Positions 1 to 13,757 of a DNA stretch of 64,000 nt are shown here, piece by piece. Numbering within the stretch: the first letter of the stretch is position 1; each line of letters begins with the position of its first letter. The notes beneath the pieces were generated by a model. The model was not told the DNA's origin, did no database searches, and worked only from the letters and a program-made list of their open reading frames with translations. The stretch is from Raillietiella orientalis. Lineage: Eukaryota. Location of the stretch: the NCBI GenBank assembly GCA_036172245.1, contig JAYWIR010000025.1, positions 1,116,001 through 1,180,000 on the forward strand, given 5' to 3'. The position numbers and the translations under genes were made by a program.

Positions 1-3000
1 AGACAAATCCTCTAGGGAGCAGGGACGACATGGACGCTGGTCATGATCTCTGGAAAAAAAGGTCCGTCCAACTTGTAAATCACGAATGAACTGTTAGAAA
101 ATATAGAGACCTTGTCACGTCTGGAGACAAGGAGCACGAAATAGCAAAATGGATGGAAGAGAGATAGGAAAATCTTCAATGTTAGAAATAGAAGTGGGCT
201 ACAAGTCAACGCTTCCACTAGAAAGCGCGGGCGGACATGCCATGGTTATGCTGAACTTCTTGCACACTTACGGCATCGAATCAATGTAATGCATAAATTC
301 CATTAGGGATCTCAACCCAGGAATCGTTAGAGTATCTGCGAGTGCTGAGCTCCTAGTCAGTGCATTGCTGGTAGCGTCGAGGCTCCTGAAAAGTGTTCTC
401 AGTGAGTTCCTATGTATCCGTTTCCGAAGTTGCCATCCCAAGTAGTCTCCTCCGTTCCCTGGATGAAGTTTCCAATGCTCAGTTTGATCACAAGTACTTA
501 GCAGCTTAAGCTAGGCATATCTCCAAAAAGGTCCAAAAGTTCGCGTAGAATTCTTCAGTCATGATGCTTATTTTTACTGAACGACCTTTCGGTTACGAGT
601 TTCCTTACCTCTGTTCACGAGTGACGAGATTTCTTACAGAGGCAAGGATCAGCTGAAACCCGAAGATGGTTCTTCCGAAGAGCGCGCATCTGCGTAGGGT
701 TGCAGACGTCCGCAGATACTGTGCTGTTGTGCCACTTTCTCCACTCAAGGAAAATAAAAAAGAAGGAATCTTTGAGTGTGCGCTTTGTTGTGTGTGTGTG
801 TTTCAGATTCTGCATCTCTCGTTTCTAAGGATTCTGTACCCGGAAGCCGGTAGCTTCAGTTCGGATGCCAAATCCTTCATCATTCACGTATGACCATCCG
901 CAATGAGATCGGAGCTCACTGCCAGCTTTGTGGCTGTTCATCCAGAAGAAAACTGAAGATGCGAAGCGGACGACTCATCCGATTTCCCGGATGGAATGCT
1001 TGGAACGCCGACGGAGAAGTGTGCTTCACGATGTCGCTACACCGTTTGTGTTAGCTACGCTTTGATTGGTGAGACAATGAATGCAGTGAGTAATTAGGCC
1101 AGAGAGACATATTGAAAGGGTGCCTGATAAGGAATATTAATAGATAAACGTGCTTACTTACCCTCCCTCTCTACCCCACCCGGCACCGTCCTTTCCCATC
1201 TGATTTCCTTCAGGGATACACCCAGCATCGTGAAACTTTCCAATTTCTCAGAGCAGAGAGGTTTCATGCATTTAGAAAAGAAAAAAGGGGAAGGTCAGAT
1301 TCTCATCCCTAAACTCATGAATAAAAGAAGTCATTTGTGAACAACAAGTAGACCAGTTGCGGGAGGGCGCAATTTGGGATTCCGAGTCAAATTTTTTTGT
1401 ACAGTGCTTCTCGAACGTACGGCGAGAAAATTCGTGATTGATTGGGAGACTTGTTTCTCCAAGCTGGGTTCCGGCTGTTTCTCGAGGCTTCTTCCAAAAA
1501 ATCGTCGATAGGCAGTTTGGGAATAAATCTCGAAGTGTTCACAAGAAATGTCTGAGGCGAAGAAGCCGTACCCACTGAATTTGCCGATAGGGAAAATTCA
1601 AGTAGAAGAATCAAAAAAAGATCAAATTGGAAACTGCAACATAACTCTTTTGTTTTCTCTGAGATGAAACTGCATGCTATAGGATAGTAGAATTGGCACC
1701 CTGCGGGCACCGTGCCACGTGGATCACAACCAGTATCACTACCAAGGAGTGTGAAGACCCAAGGCATCAGTTACTGGAAAAATTAGGACATTCCAACGAG
1801 GAGTCAGATTTCTAGTTCGGATATTATTTTCCCAAAATATATAAACACTGAAAAACTAGAAGCCTTTTAAAAACTAGGTCTTGGATTCTGTCTGAAGGAT
1901 TCTGGAGCCTTGCCGCAGACGGAAGTCAATTCGGAAAACCTCGTGTCTCATCTTTCTGTGGCATTCCCACAAAAAATCCGGGATCCGGAAAATCCCTTTT
2001 GCTTCAGTTTGGGGGGGAAAAAAATATTAGAGGGATCGGGATGCAGTGTGTATCCACTAGTTGAATGAGACTGCATCCTCCTCTCCTGTTGTCTCGTCAA
2101 ACCGCCGCTAGATTTTCGTAGCCCATACATAAATAACAAAGTGCTTGGCAAAACGAAAGAAAGGACGGCACAGCGGATCCCTATCTGGCGTTTCTGAGAA
2201 CATTTCTGGATTCCGCAGGAGAATTCGAAATGATTCAAAAAAGGAAAATTTCAATTAAACTTTCTAGAGCAGAAGAAACGATTCATCTTTCTATGAATGA
2301 GAACAATGGATAATGCATGAATCCTGTACCCCGAATTTCGATGATTGAAAGCATCGCGTTTGGACAAGACATTAGAAGATCACCACACGAGCAGAGCATG
2401 TAAAAGAACTTGCAAAGGGGTAGAAAATTCCAATTTTTTCCTTTCTAGAAAATTCTGGGGTGGCCCTGCACGCGAGGAAGGGGTACGCGGTGTGCATAAG
2501 GATGGAACTCTGTGTGCTGGGAGCTCGCACTGTCACTGTGAAGCTGCCTATGGCAATCGAAAACACCTATATGTGCTTCTGAGAAGGGCACGGTTTTGTG
2601 ATGGAAGACTGTGGTCACAAAAGGTCACAGGATTTCCAGTACGAATCGTTCCTTTTGGAATCTTGGAAGGTATCCGTATCTATGCGATCTGACGGCATGC
2701 CCCCCCCATGAAACATGAAGCAAGCTGTGCTCTTCTCACGACATGGTATGGAAATGTGCAGCCCCTCCTGAATGAGATTAAGTGCACTCAGACCACTGTG
2801 GGGTAATCTCAACCCCTGCGTACGGATTAACAGACCTCAAGTTCCCTCAAATGTTTGCTAAAGAATAAACACAAAACTTGATCTGAAGTACGTTATCCTC
2901 TTTTGAAAGATTCGTTTCTGGAAGGTCAGCATGTCGGAACAGGAATGTTCCTCTGCAAAGCAAAGTTTTGCAAATCAAAAATGATCTGGCGGCAGCAACG

Positions 3001-4039
3001 CTTTGCCGAATCCATCATTACTCTCCCCTTAACGAAGTTCATTAATGTGATGGATCGAGTAGATAAGATTTTGTATACAGTAATTGTTGTTTAAAAAGCG
3101 GGCTACCCTGTGTACGAGACCATGTTAAAATATAGTTTAAATATTTATAAGTGGAGCTCCTGGCCATGACTTTTATCTCCCATCTTCAAAGGTGATAACT
3201 TTTTTTCGTCCACATGAAGCTCTTAGTCTGTGAAAGCGCAATGTATTTATTGATTACTTGTCAACCTATTGATCATGTAGATGAACCTAAACCAGTTGAA
3301 TATTAGGATTGTAATCCTTGATCCTCGATACAGGATACCAGAAAGGGTTTGCTTCGCACATGCGATGGATTCGAAGAAATTTCGTGCCTTCGAAAAAGTA
3401 AATCCGAGTCCACAACGCGGGCATCTTCAGGGCAAAGAGCAAAAGAAGCGTTCCTCCATGGGAAGCAATCCAATTCAAAAACAGGCGGTCTATTGCATGT
3501 TCTCCATCCTGGCGCTGATCTCCTTCTACCCTCCTCTATGTGACTAGTGTGATTTTTCAAATCTCGGGCATGGAGCATGTCGAAGAATGGCAGCGATCTC
3601 GGGAAAAGTTGAAGGCATCTTTGCAAACCATTCATAATGACGCATTTTGCTAACCTGTGGGCATTCCGCATCTTCTTACATTCTTTTGATTATCCTCGCA
3701 TTTGATCTACCTTGCTCCGCGCACTCTCCGCTCATGTGAGAGAGCGTCCAGGCATGATAAACGCCGTGTTCCATCATAGGTTAACAGGAATTTGCTTGCT
3801 GAACAAAGCGGGAATTTCTTTTCCTTCAAAAGGAGATCGAGCGCAGAACAGTTTTCGAGAACGCGGCCATCCTCACCGACAGGCAACAGCAAGAGCACAA
3901 ATTTGCACCTCTTTTCTTTTAATTGGCCCGACGATTCCCAAATCATTTTCTTCTGGTTTTCAATTGCCGGTTGCTCGTTTCCAGGTTCCGAGCTTGATGA
4001 ATGTCTTCGGGCACAGATGGCCTTAAACGACGGAGAGGA

Positions 4040-4700
4040 AAATTAACTCCTCCAAGGAAAGGTCAAGCACTGCGCAGATTTTTCTGGTGTATTTTGAACT
4101 GGAAGGAGTGAAAGTGCGTTCTGGTGCTGATTCGTGCTGATTCGAGGCACTGGGCAGCGACGACAACTGAGGCTGGAGCCGTTGCGAACCAGTCGGAACT
4201 CTTTCGCCACTCGACACGTTCCCGCAGAAGTGTGCAGACGAAGAAGGCACCTTTGTGAGGTTCTTCGGCAAGCGGATACCGTGAGTTCAAGCCGAATTCC
4301 TAAAAAGGCGACTAGAGTGTTCTTGGAAAGTTTCGCCATCGTTCCTCCTCTAACGACAAAACAGGACCATTCTAAGAAGGCAATAGACGTAACTCTTGCG
4401 TCGTATGCCCACTGAAGATGGCGGCTGAACATCTGATTTGAGTACTCGTGTGGTTTTCGCATGCAACCGCGGGTGCCCTAACACACGGAGCGGTCTTCGG
4501 AGGGCGAACCGCCGTTTCTTTCATCTTCGACGCCCCGGATGAACAACACCTGCGATTTATTAGAACCTTGGAGTTGCCTGCGCGGAACACAAGGCCCCAC
4601 CAGGAGTGCTCCGCGGAGAAAATTGAAAAAAGAAAAATCAATCTTTTGGAGCGAAAATGAGAAAGGGGGAAAAGGTGGACGTTGCTTTTGTCGATCCCTT
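4040..4700 (-). pseudogene. Possible decayed LINE ORF1 (gag-like, CCHC knuckle pair)
   Basis: Frameshifted minus-strand pieces HKGAFFVC / HFCGNV / VAKEF ... SCRRC (about 4140-4255) resemble two adjacent CX2CX4HX4C knuckles. The motif must be reassembled across frames. Confidence 0.3.
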
Positions 4701-7239
4701 CTCTTGAAATTCGAAATTTCCACTTTGACTCCAACATCCCCTTGACTACCGTCCGTCTCCCTTTTCTCCCGGAAGTGTGTAAGCGATTCTTAGAGTATGC
4801 AGTTGGAGGCGGAAACTTCGGGAGACCGAGCAAGCAATGCATGCTAAATGAAAATACATGGTCCATATGTTTCCATCGGAAGAGGTGGCTTCCTACGTAC
4901 TAATTAGTAAATGCCTCGTGCAGATGTAGCCGTTCGCCCTCCTTTGATCCTTGTCCCTTTTCTTTCCAAATAAAGGAGAAACAGCACTCCGGATGGACTC
5001 GACTCAGAGGGAAACAGACGTGCGCAGGGATCTCTCCACGACAGACAACCTGACGAATTCAATCGTAAAACAGACAGTCGGAAAGCGGCGGTTGGCGGTG
5101 TCGCGTCCTCCACCCCCGGGAAAGGGGGAAAATCTTTACGTTTAACGGCAGAAACCCTTTCGAGGTCAGCTCCGAAGACGCTTGTAGTCCAGTCATGCGT
5201 TTTGAAACACACATGCGAGCAGCCTACCTGGTAGTGGGGAAAAAATCTGTTCTGCAGTCAGTGGCGAATGGACCCGTCTGTTAGGCGTATTCGACGAGAG
5301 CAGAAAACTAAACTTTCCAGCAGAGGTAGAGGAACGATGGACAAGTCTTTTTACAAAGCCAAAGTGCAATTTTTGTTAGGTAACGAAGCACAGCTCCAGA
5401 AAATGGTTCTTTATTCTAATAATTTACACATGCAACCATTTTGCACGTGATAAAAAGGAATTTTTTATGAAAATAAAGAAATAAAGGAACAAAGAAGTGA
5501 TTATAGACGCTGCTGAAATTGACATTGAAAGAAGCGAATGCTGCCTTTTCTGCCATCGGCTTCCCCTTCCTACGACACGTGACTTCAGCTGCTTTTTTAG
5601 AGTAGCTGGACCCATCCTCCTTCGCGGGTGATCTGTGAACTAAATCTCTCACTAAATTCTTCTTTTCTCAATATTTCCGGCACTTATTTTATTTTTTTTT
5701 CTCATCCTTGATTGTTTCGAAACGCATTCCTCGCCGAAGCTTATTAATGAATAAAGAAAATAATTCCCGGAGAACTGGGTTCTCCACCCAAATGGTCCAT
5801 CGTGAAACTTCCAGAATTTCGCTTCGCGTTGCAGCAAGTGGAAATCACATCATAACGGTGAGGAAGAATCTCTGTCTCGAGTGACGTTTTCCTTTTGACA
5901 AGGGACCGTTTAATCAAAGGTTTCGATCTTTCGCATCCTTCAAAATCCTCCCCAACATTTCAGGTGCCCTCATCTTCATCAAACTGACCGCCCGAGATCT
6001 AGGATCCTCCCATTCCGAGAAAATGAAACTTTCGTTTCGCTTCATTCGCAGCTTGGTCCTCTCCTCCATCCAGATATCACTCTGCGGTGGACCGAAAAAA
6101 CCATCAACTGATATTGCGTTCCCTCTTCTGAAGGCTGAGAGACCTACGTCCAGGATCATTTCTGGGAGCATTTTCGGCCTGGAAACGATCCCGAGCGATC
6201 GTAAACTTCCTATGCCGAGCTGTTACGAGGACGCATTTCGCCTACTGCTTTTTTGTCCGTCACGAACGACCCGGCGGGAGGGGTCCAAGCCGTTTTTTGA
6301 TGTCTCCTGGAGAGCTTTCGAAAGAACTACAGGATGCTCCCCCATTAGCGAGAGATCGGCAAACCTTGCATCATGGAAAATCGAGAATCCATCCCGCTCA
6401 GCGACGACACCTCCGAGAAGATTTAAATGCTGCTACATCAAACTGCATAATGTATCCTTTCGAACGGGTGGAGGCTTCTTGTTCAAAGAGTTCCTATTTA
6501 TGATTCTCTCCAGATACTCGGAAGCGCCATTTGCCGCCCAGCTGCTTTATTTATTGCCAGCGGAAGACTTGTTGAAACCGAGCGAGAAATCTCGGAAGGC
6601 AGCCATCGTTGTTTGCGGAGGGGGAGTTTCCACATCTGCTGCTGCTGAACATCCGAGTGTCACGTTGTTTCCGCCGGAGCCAAACTAACAAAGCGGCCTG
6701 CCCGAGCCGGCGAAGAGCGAGCATTGTCCTCTCGGAGGCGCAGATGTTTATTTGGATGCAGCGATACGCTTATCCATGCGATCCCTCGTGCCCGATCCCT
6801 GGAGAATCGGAGAAAGAGGTTCTGCAAACGAAACGGGAGGAGGGGGACGAAAGACTCTCAAGCGATCCGCGCGGTCGCAAGCCGTTCGAATCGCCCTAAT
6901 TAGAAGGAACGCTTAAATTCCAAGTCGAAGGGGTTCGCTCTCAAGAGAAGAAGGAAGAAGCAGCAAGCGCTTGGCGGCACTCGCAGCCTCGAGGACGCTT
7001 CGTGGGGCCTCGTGAAGACACGGAAGAACCTGTGGAACGGGCTGGCGGTGGCTGCCGGGTCGGATGCGCAGCAACAGCAGCACGTGGAAACTTTACAGCT
7101 CTAGAGTTAGCAAAACGCCGCTTCTGGTGGAACACGCGCGTGGATTGCGTCACGGAGAAATTGCCAGGTCGGTTGGGAAACCTTCGAAGTGGCCCAAAGT
7201 CTGGTCTTTGTAACCAAGATGCGTTCGAGAGCCGCTGCT

Positions 7240-7890
7240 TTTGAAGGCAGCTATGGGGGAGATGCAGGACGAACAGCTTCCAAGCATCCATTTCCAAATG
7301 TACGTTGAAGCGCTTGGGAGAAAGGAATCTCACCCAGATGCTCCTTGCGGTTGTGCATCTCGATTGGAACGAGATCCCTACATAATGGCAAAGGTACTTT
7401 CAAGAGATCTTTGGTTTCTCGGATGGCCGAAAGCGTGAAACAACAGATGGTGATCGCAACAGATTGCACTTTGGTCTGGGCCTGGAATGCATCTGCAGAG
7501 ACTTGCCCTTTCGTCGGACTTGCCTTTGTTCCGGCTTTGGAGCGCTCGTCGCAGATGCGGCATCGGCGGCAGCTGCGCGTCATTCGGCGCGGTGACCATG
7601 GAAGCTCGGCGCGGATCGACCATCGGGAGCAGGCAGTTTCGGTGCTCTTAGAAAGACCGATGGAGTCGTTCTCTTTGGCTCCTTCCAGCGCCACTGAATT
7701 CTGGGAGACTCAGGTCCGTCTTGCGGTCTCAGCTCGTTTCGCGCGCGTCAGGAGCCAGGAAGGCTTCGCGCTTTTCGAGGTAACGGCGGGTCCCCCGCAG
7801 AGTCACCTCCTCTGGTCGGTAGCGACGGGACTTCGCACCTTTGTGGCTGGAGCGCTCTTGCGCGCGCGCCACTTTCGTTGCTGACTGCTT
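7240..7890 (+). mobile_element. Decayed non-LTR reverse transcriptase fragment (N-terminal RT subdomains)
   Basis: Ordered degenerate RT motifs: CASRLERDPYIMAKVLSRDL (cf. PISLLNxDYKIxAKVLxxRL), PFVGLAFVPALERS (cf. LDFxKAFDRV) and FEVTAGPPQSHLLWS (cf. FxVxxGVPQGxxLSP), in ORFs 7241-7438 and 7345-7884. Confidence 0.6.
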
Positions 7891-7947
7891 CGTCGACTCC
7901 TTGCCAGCGGTGGCGACTCTTATGCTCTTGTGTGAAGTCTGCTTCAA

Positions 7948-8620
7948 CCCCGGTTATTCCGAGCCGTGTATTTTCTAGATAAAAAAAAAAAATACACACA
8001 CAAGTTTCGACTTAAAATTAGGGGAAATGAAAGTAAAAGGGAACGAACTGGGATTGCCGCGTTTCCCTCGGGAGGTGGTGGGTTTCCGCGATGTCTTCCC
8101 CGGTTTTTCCGATTGAGCGCAGGTCAGCAAACGGCTCTCCGCAGTAGGGGAAGGGCGACTGTCTCTTATGCTGAAGTCGCAGCGGTGTCCTTGAAAAGGC
8201 CGTCCCACGGAGGAAGAAGAGTGCTGTTGCCACAGTCGTCGATACGAGGAGCCGGGCCCACTTTGCAAGAAAAATCGGCAGGTGATGTCTTTCGGGCTAT
8301 CGGTCGGGAGGGCCCCATCTACGTCACTCCCAAAGCTCGTCACATTCCCAAACAGTCCTACAGCACGAGCGGCAGGGTCTCCTCGCCGCGGAGGCTGCAT
8401 GACGGGGGTCCATGTTTCCTTGTCTCACGGCGTCCCCTGGCGTTGCTCTGGAGGCCTCAATGAGAAAAGAGGAGCCGGGTGTTGTTGCGTAGTCTCAAAA
8501 GGGAACACTGCAGCAATGCACGGAGGGGGAGACGCAGAGACTCTGCAGGGTTGGGTCCAGCGGGCTGACCCAGAGGTGCAGCCCTTTAGCCCAATGTCTG
8601 GGGGTCGCGTGTAAGTCATC
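7948..8620 (-). mobile_element. LINE 3' fragment (zinc finger remnant, 3' UTR, terminal hairpin)
   Basis: Minus-strand GLQSNARGRRETRKHGPPSCSLRGEETLPLVL*DC aligns with GLPCNARRHHWTRGSASPNCARCADKETITHLLVQC at 56.4 kb. It has a T-rich 3' UTR and ends in AAAATACACGGCTCGGAATAACCGGGG. Confidence 0.65.
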
Positions 8621-9389
8621 TCTCAGCTTTCCGCGATAGAAGGGGGAACACGAGTTTGGTCAGTTGACTGACTTCCCACGCTGCCTCCTGGTCACTATCA
8701 TTCCGTTCTCGGAGGTCGTTCCAGAAGGTTGCCTGCGGAGTGCAGCGGAATTTTCCTGGTCTCTCGTAATGAAAGCCAACTGTTCATTTCGGTTGGTCAG
8801 TAAGGGACCATGCACATTTCTGTGGATGTGAATGCAGTCTGCTTCGTAAGAACAATGGTCGCCGTCCACAACAAGAGCTTCTTTCAAACTACTTCAGCCT
8901 CGGGGTTGCAAGAAGATTAGCTAAAGCTCCCCACTGTCTTCCAAAATGCCTATCTTATTCCAGGGCTCGCTCTGGAATCAACGAACGAAAACCTGCAAGG
9001 AGCTGATTTGATCCCATTTTCTGAATTAACCGTACTCGCCTCACGAGTGATTTCTAAAGCTTTTCTGTCTTTGGAAACAACAGCAACAAAGGCAAAGAAA
9101 AGCAGAAGTCGATGGGAACTTGATCTTCCCGTGTCCTATCCCACTGACAATGGGACTGCTTTTCGGATGAGACAGGAACCGGAACTGCGGAAACTCACTG
9201 CGAGGAAGCACATACGCTTTTCGCTGCCCATTCCGGATTCGGAACCGGACTGATTTCACACCGTTCCTCTGGGCACGCTTCCCCCTCCCCTCTTTGCGCA
9301 CTTCCGCCAAACAAGCAACCTGCCGCTCCGAACAGATGGCTTTAAGAAATGCAAAAGGAAAGGGGCTCGAAATGCAAATCTGTCTTCGC

Positions 9390-10076
9390 TGTTTTTTCCC
9401 TTCCAGCATTTGTTTTCAGGTTTTCTTTTTTTTCGGTACGCTAAGTACTTCAGAGCAGTGCCTCGCGGCGCACGTGGCTCTTCAACACTGTTCCAAAGCC
9501 ACCCGCGGAGGGTGCGTGTTATTCTTCAAGATAGGGAACCCCGGAAGGGGTCCGCCCTATGAATCCAGAAAGGCTCGGAGTCCGTTCCTTCTCTTTGGAT
9601 CACACCTCCCACCCTGGTTGTCTCCGAAGGGGAACCCGCAGGGAATCTCTCTCGCTTGCTTTCTTGCACTCTGTAAAGAGGCGATGACTTAGAGGGTCCC
9701 CCCCCACAGCAGGGGGTTCTTCTCCTATGAGCAACTGGAGAGGTGCCCGTGAAGGCTGCTGCTCAATCTTGAAACCGGAAGGGGTCCCCCCGGTGTGGGG
9801 GTTCCGCTCTCCGTTGTACGACCGGAGGGGGAACTCTCCACTCCTTGATTCCTGGAAACACCCGAAGGTCGACTCCCATTGTTCCGGCCTTCATCGGTGG
9901 CCTCCGGCTTAAACGACCAACTGGTGCCACGTCCGAATGTCTCGGCCAACCAGCGCCATTGCAGGAGAAGCTCGGAATCCAACGACGCAGTGGAGTCAGT
10001 TTCTGCCGGAGTATTCGAACCCTCAACGCATGGTACCACACGCGGAAGCCTTAACCACAAAGCCCCCGACTCGGTC
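9390..10076 (-). mobile_element. tRNA-derived SINE-like element, copy 1 (internal deletion)
   Basis: The head has an A-box-like GGCTTTGTGGTTAAGG and a B-box GGTTCGAATAC. The body is collinear with the reverse complement of 62651-63585 and ends in an A-rich tail. About 200 bp of the internal array is missing relative to copy 5. Confidence 0.75.
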
Positions 10077-10634
10077 CCATGGAATGCTCAGATGAACGAA
10101 CTCCAGCGTTCGCAACCACCTTAGACTCCAGCCAATCTAGTGGTCAAGATGCTCCTAAGAGTGCGGTCGGACCTTGAGTGATCTTATCGTTGCACAAGCC
10201 CTGTGCAACGATAAGATCACTCTCAGCAGCGGCTACCTTGTGGAGCCACAGAAGGAAGTCCATCTTCTGCGCCACCTCCCTTCAGAACCGCTCACCCGCG
10301 TTGCATCTCAAGACGAGACTAGGAGGAGTCTTCAGGAATGTCAGGAGTGCACATTCCACCGGAGTTTCTTCTATTCGGGTGAGAGCTCCCGTCGTTGTCT
10401 CTGCTGGTCGTCGTCGCTTTACTGGAAGATCATTCAGCAACGATTCGGAAGTCTCCTACTAGATCCCCTTCCTTGACTTCGTCGTCAAAAGCGCCGCCCG
10501 CAACCGTCTTTGCCACTGAAGCATGGTCAGGAAGAAAATCGAAAATGACAAGTTCGGACGTTCCCCTCAAATGGTGGAATCTGACAGCAAACGCATCCTT
10601 TCCTTCCTCTTTTACTTGGAAGGCGACAACCATC

Positions 10635-10748
10635 TCAAGACGGGGGTCATCTGACTCCTCCACGACTTGGAGGTCACAGCAATGGAATCGGCAAGCACCG
10701 GTTTGCTGACAAATGGGGATTGCAAACCGGCGCAGACTTTCGGAGCTT
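10635..10748 (+). repeat. Donor of a ~114-bp segment copied to 13585-13698
   Basis: Near-identical direct repeat tcaagacgg.ggtcatctgactcc...cgcagactttcggagctt with only a few substitutions. Confidence 0.95.
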
Positions 10749-13531
10749 CCCTTGCCCGCGAGCGGATGGAGACTACTTCGTTGGCAGTAGAGGGTGCTGC
10801 TCTTTGTAGGACGGTGGAGGAGCCCGGAATGGAAGTTCCTCATGCTAACCTCCCTAAACTCCGTGCCCCAGCAGCAGTAGCCCACCTTCAGTACATTCAA
10901 GTCTGCGGACGCCACCGTGGCTGCGGCAGCTCAGTCACAGCCACGATCCCGTGCCTCAGCCGCCTCCGGCAACGGCAGCAACACCCCGGCGTTGTCCCCC
11001 TTCATCAAGCACCGGTCGTGCGAAGCGTTTTGTACCCTGGACTCCAGCTGGGAGTTGGTCAGGAAGCTCGAGGGCAGCGACGGTGGCGTCTTCTCGCTGG
11101 CAAAGACAACTGCGCCAACGTCCGTCCCGTCGAGGAGCTCATCGCGTCCTGATACCCAGACCTTCCGCTGACTCCGTTCCAGGTCTGCAGTTCCAGGACT
11201 GTGCAGCGGGGGAGCGGGCCACAGAGCCTTGCCATTTCAGAGGGCGAGCTCTCAATTGGCTGTTAGCTGAGAAGAGGTCATGCAAGTTCTTTCCAGTAGT
11301 CCCATACTCAGAGTTTGGACACCTCAGCCATCTGAAAATGACACCCGTAGTGATCAATACAACACAAGGTCGTGTGCTTTCATCTCTTGGAGATCCGAGG
11401 AGCCGGCATCATTCTGTCCTCATTAGTTTTGAGCTTGGCTTTGGGAGCTGCTGCTCAGGACCGCTTCTCGCTTGCTTCTGGATGGTAGAATGCTGTTCTG
11501 AAGCTTTGCAAGTTAGGAAAAGACCCCAGCACAGCACCGTTTTCAAGAGTTCTTAAAAGTGTGACCCATTATGAATCTGTTTATCTCAAGAAAGTTCATC
11601 AACTTTTTTCTTTGTTATATACTTTCTTGATGAGTTCTGCAACCGAAGAACCTCTGTCTCCTCTTTAAGAATTCAAAGTCGAGGGACAACGGGCACTCTT
11701 AAGGTATTACTGAAAGCCGTAATATCCTGAATCAGCAGCCATCTCCATATTGCTCTCGATGGTTTTACGCCATCTCAATACACACACGAAGGCTGCTCAG
11801 GTGCTGAATCCTTGCTCTCTGTTCCGTGCTCTATTTGTACCTAAAAGAGCCTATTCGCTTTTTGCAGCGCAAGCATGTTCCTTGCTTTCCATTTTTGTTT
11901 CTACGAGTTTTCTATCATCTTCCTACCCTTTTTACTACTCTCTCTTACTCCTTTTATAATTCTGTTCGTACCTGCTCAGCAGAATAGTAAATATCCAACT
12001 GGGATGGAACATCTCATGTAGATGCTTAACTCCATTTATTTCCTGTTACACAAAGATCAGCTTCCACTTCACAGCTTTTTTTTTTTTTTTAACATTCTAA
12101 GTTTCTTGAGCAGCTTCAGCCTTTGCAGATCTTCCATCCACGTGCGCTTTGCTTCCGGGTTCGCAATTTTTTTGGTTACTTGCTAGCAACGGTTAGCAAC
12201 CACCTGATGTCGTTTTATTTTCAGTTCTGTTCATCAGCTGAAGGGTTGAGTACAAATAATAGGGGAGTACCACTGAAGATCGGCTCAGCAATCACCGCTA
12301 AAGATCATTTAAGAAAGATCAAAAATCACGGAACATCTTGTTTTCTGATATTGCAAACAAGCTGCCCCATGAATGCTACTGATGAATGAAAATGGATAAA
12401 AGTAGGACATGAGAAGACGAATTTTTCCTAACGAAGCATCAGATTCAAGTCTCTGAATCTGTATCTCATGATGCATGGCATCCAATCTATCTCTTTAGGA
12501 AAGTTCGAGCCATAATTGTCTCTTTTCTTCTCTTAAAGCTGCAGTTATTTCCCCCCCCTTGGAAGATTGGTGCTTGCTTCTCGTTTCTTCCAAATCTTCA
12601 AGATGAATTCCTGCCAACTGCTGAACACTCTGACTTGTTCTCCAGTAGGGCTTACTTCCTATTTCTCCTTCTTTCCAGCACAACTGTGGTTCAATTTCTC
12701 AACTAAGTGTTCGCTGATCACCGTCAGCGTTTTCGCCTATGCATTCAAATTTTCTTTGACGCTGACTTACGGGAAGCTCTCTCTCTTCCTGCAAGCTCAG
12801 TCAGTGAGCAAAATCCAAAGTTCGTCCGTGCTGAATTCCAAAGCTGAGTGGAAGGAAGGAGACGCGAACGCAAGATTTGATCTTCCTTAAAGGTTTCTCA
12901 GGAGTGCTAATGGTATCTCAAGACTGTTTGGCAGAGAATCATTGAGAGCCAGTCAGAGGATCTCAGACGCATTCAGTCAGAAGCCATGAGGGATGCCCGA
13001 AAACGAAGTCTCTTCCAAAGCAGGACGGGAATCGGAAGCAAAAAGAAGAATTTCGTGACTGCTCTGCGCTGCTCAATACCCAGCGCGTCCTCTGATCCGG
13101 GGTTCCAGCTTCCCAACGAAGTCTTCATACCTGTAAAAAAAGTGTTCATCAGTGTTTGGAGATGTGTTGCTCAAAGGGTTCGCGCAACACATCAGGAAGG
13201 CCTTCTTCCTTGATGAATTATGAAAAAAAACACAAATCTCCCCGGGGAAGCAGCGGGTTCTCATGGAAAAAAAAGGAAAAAGGCCTAGAAGGTATACCTG
13301 ATTTCCTCGTTTCGGATTACCCCTCTTGACCTCCAGCTCTCAGAGGCAAGAACGAGAAATCAGAACTATATGCAGAACTTCCAGCGTCTCAAAGTCGTCC
13401 TCTGAGGTTATCAATTCTCTTGATGGAAGGTTGCAGAAGGGGTGCGAGAGAAGAGTAGTGAGTTGCGAACCTTCAGCAAAATGTACTCACAGCACCAAAG
13501 AACTCTGTGGCTCGATTCAGCAGAAAAGAAT

Positions 13532-13757
13532 GGTTTTTTGAAATATAAAAGTTCATTGGAAAACGGCGAAGCGGCTTAGAGGCATCAAGACGGAGGTCAT
13601 CTGACTCCTCCACGACTTGGAGGTCACAGCAATGGAATCGGTTAGCACCGGTTTGCTGACAAATGGGGATTGCAAACCGGCGCAGACTTTCGGAGCTTTC
13701 TTTGGGTTTTAAAATATAAAAGTTCATTCGAAAACGGCGAAGCGGCTTAGAGGCATC
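13532..13757 (+). repeat. Copy of 10635-10748 flanked by a ~46-bp direct duplication
   Basis: aaatataaaagttcatt(g/c)gaaaacggcgaagcggcttagaggcatc occurs at 13541-13586 and 13712-13757, bracketing the copied segment. Confidence 0.95.

Noticed and set aside
272..560. Possible minus-strand exon (LRR-like LDATSNALT, GTAAGT donor at 271)
   Set aside because: Too little similarity and no consistent gene model.
10000..10076. Functional tRNA genes at the SINE heads (also 28110, 31630, 62651)
   Set aside because: No convincing acceptor stem or cloverleaf, and each head is fused to the same long body.
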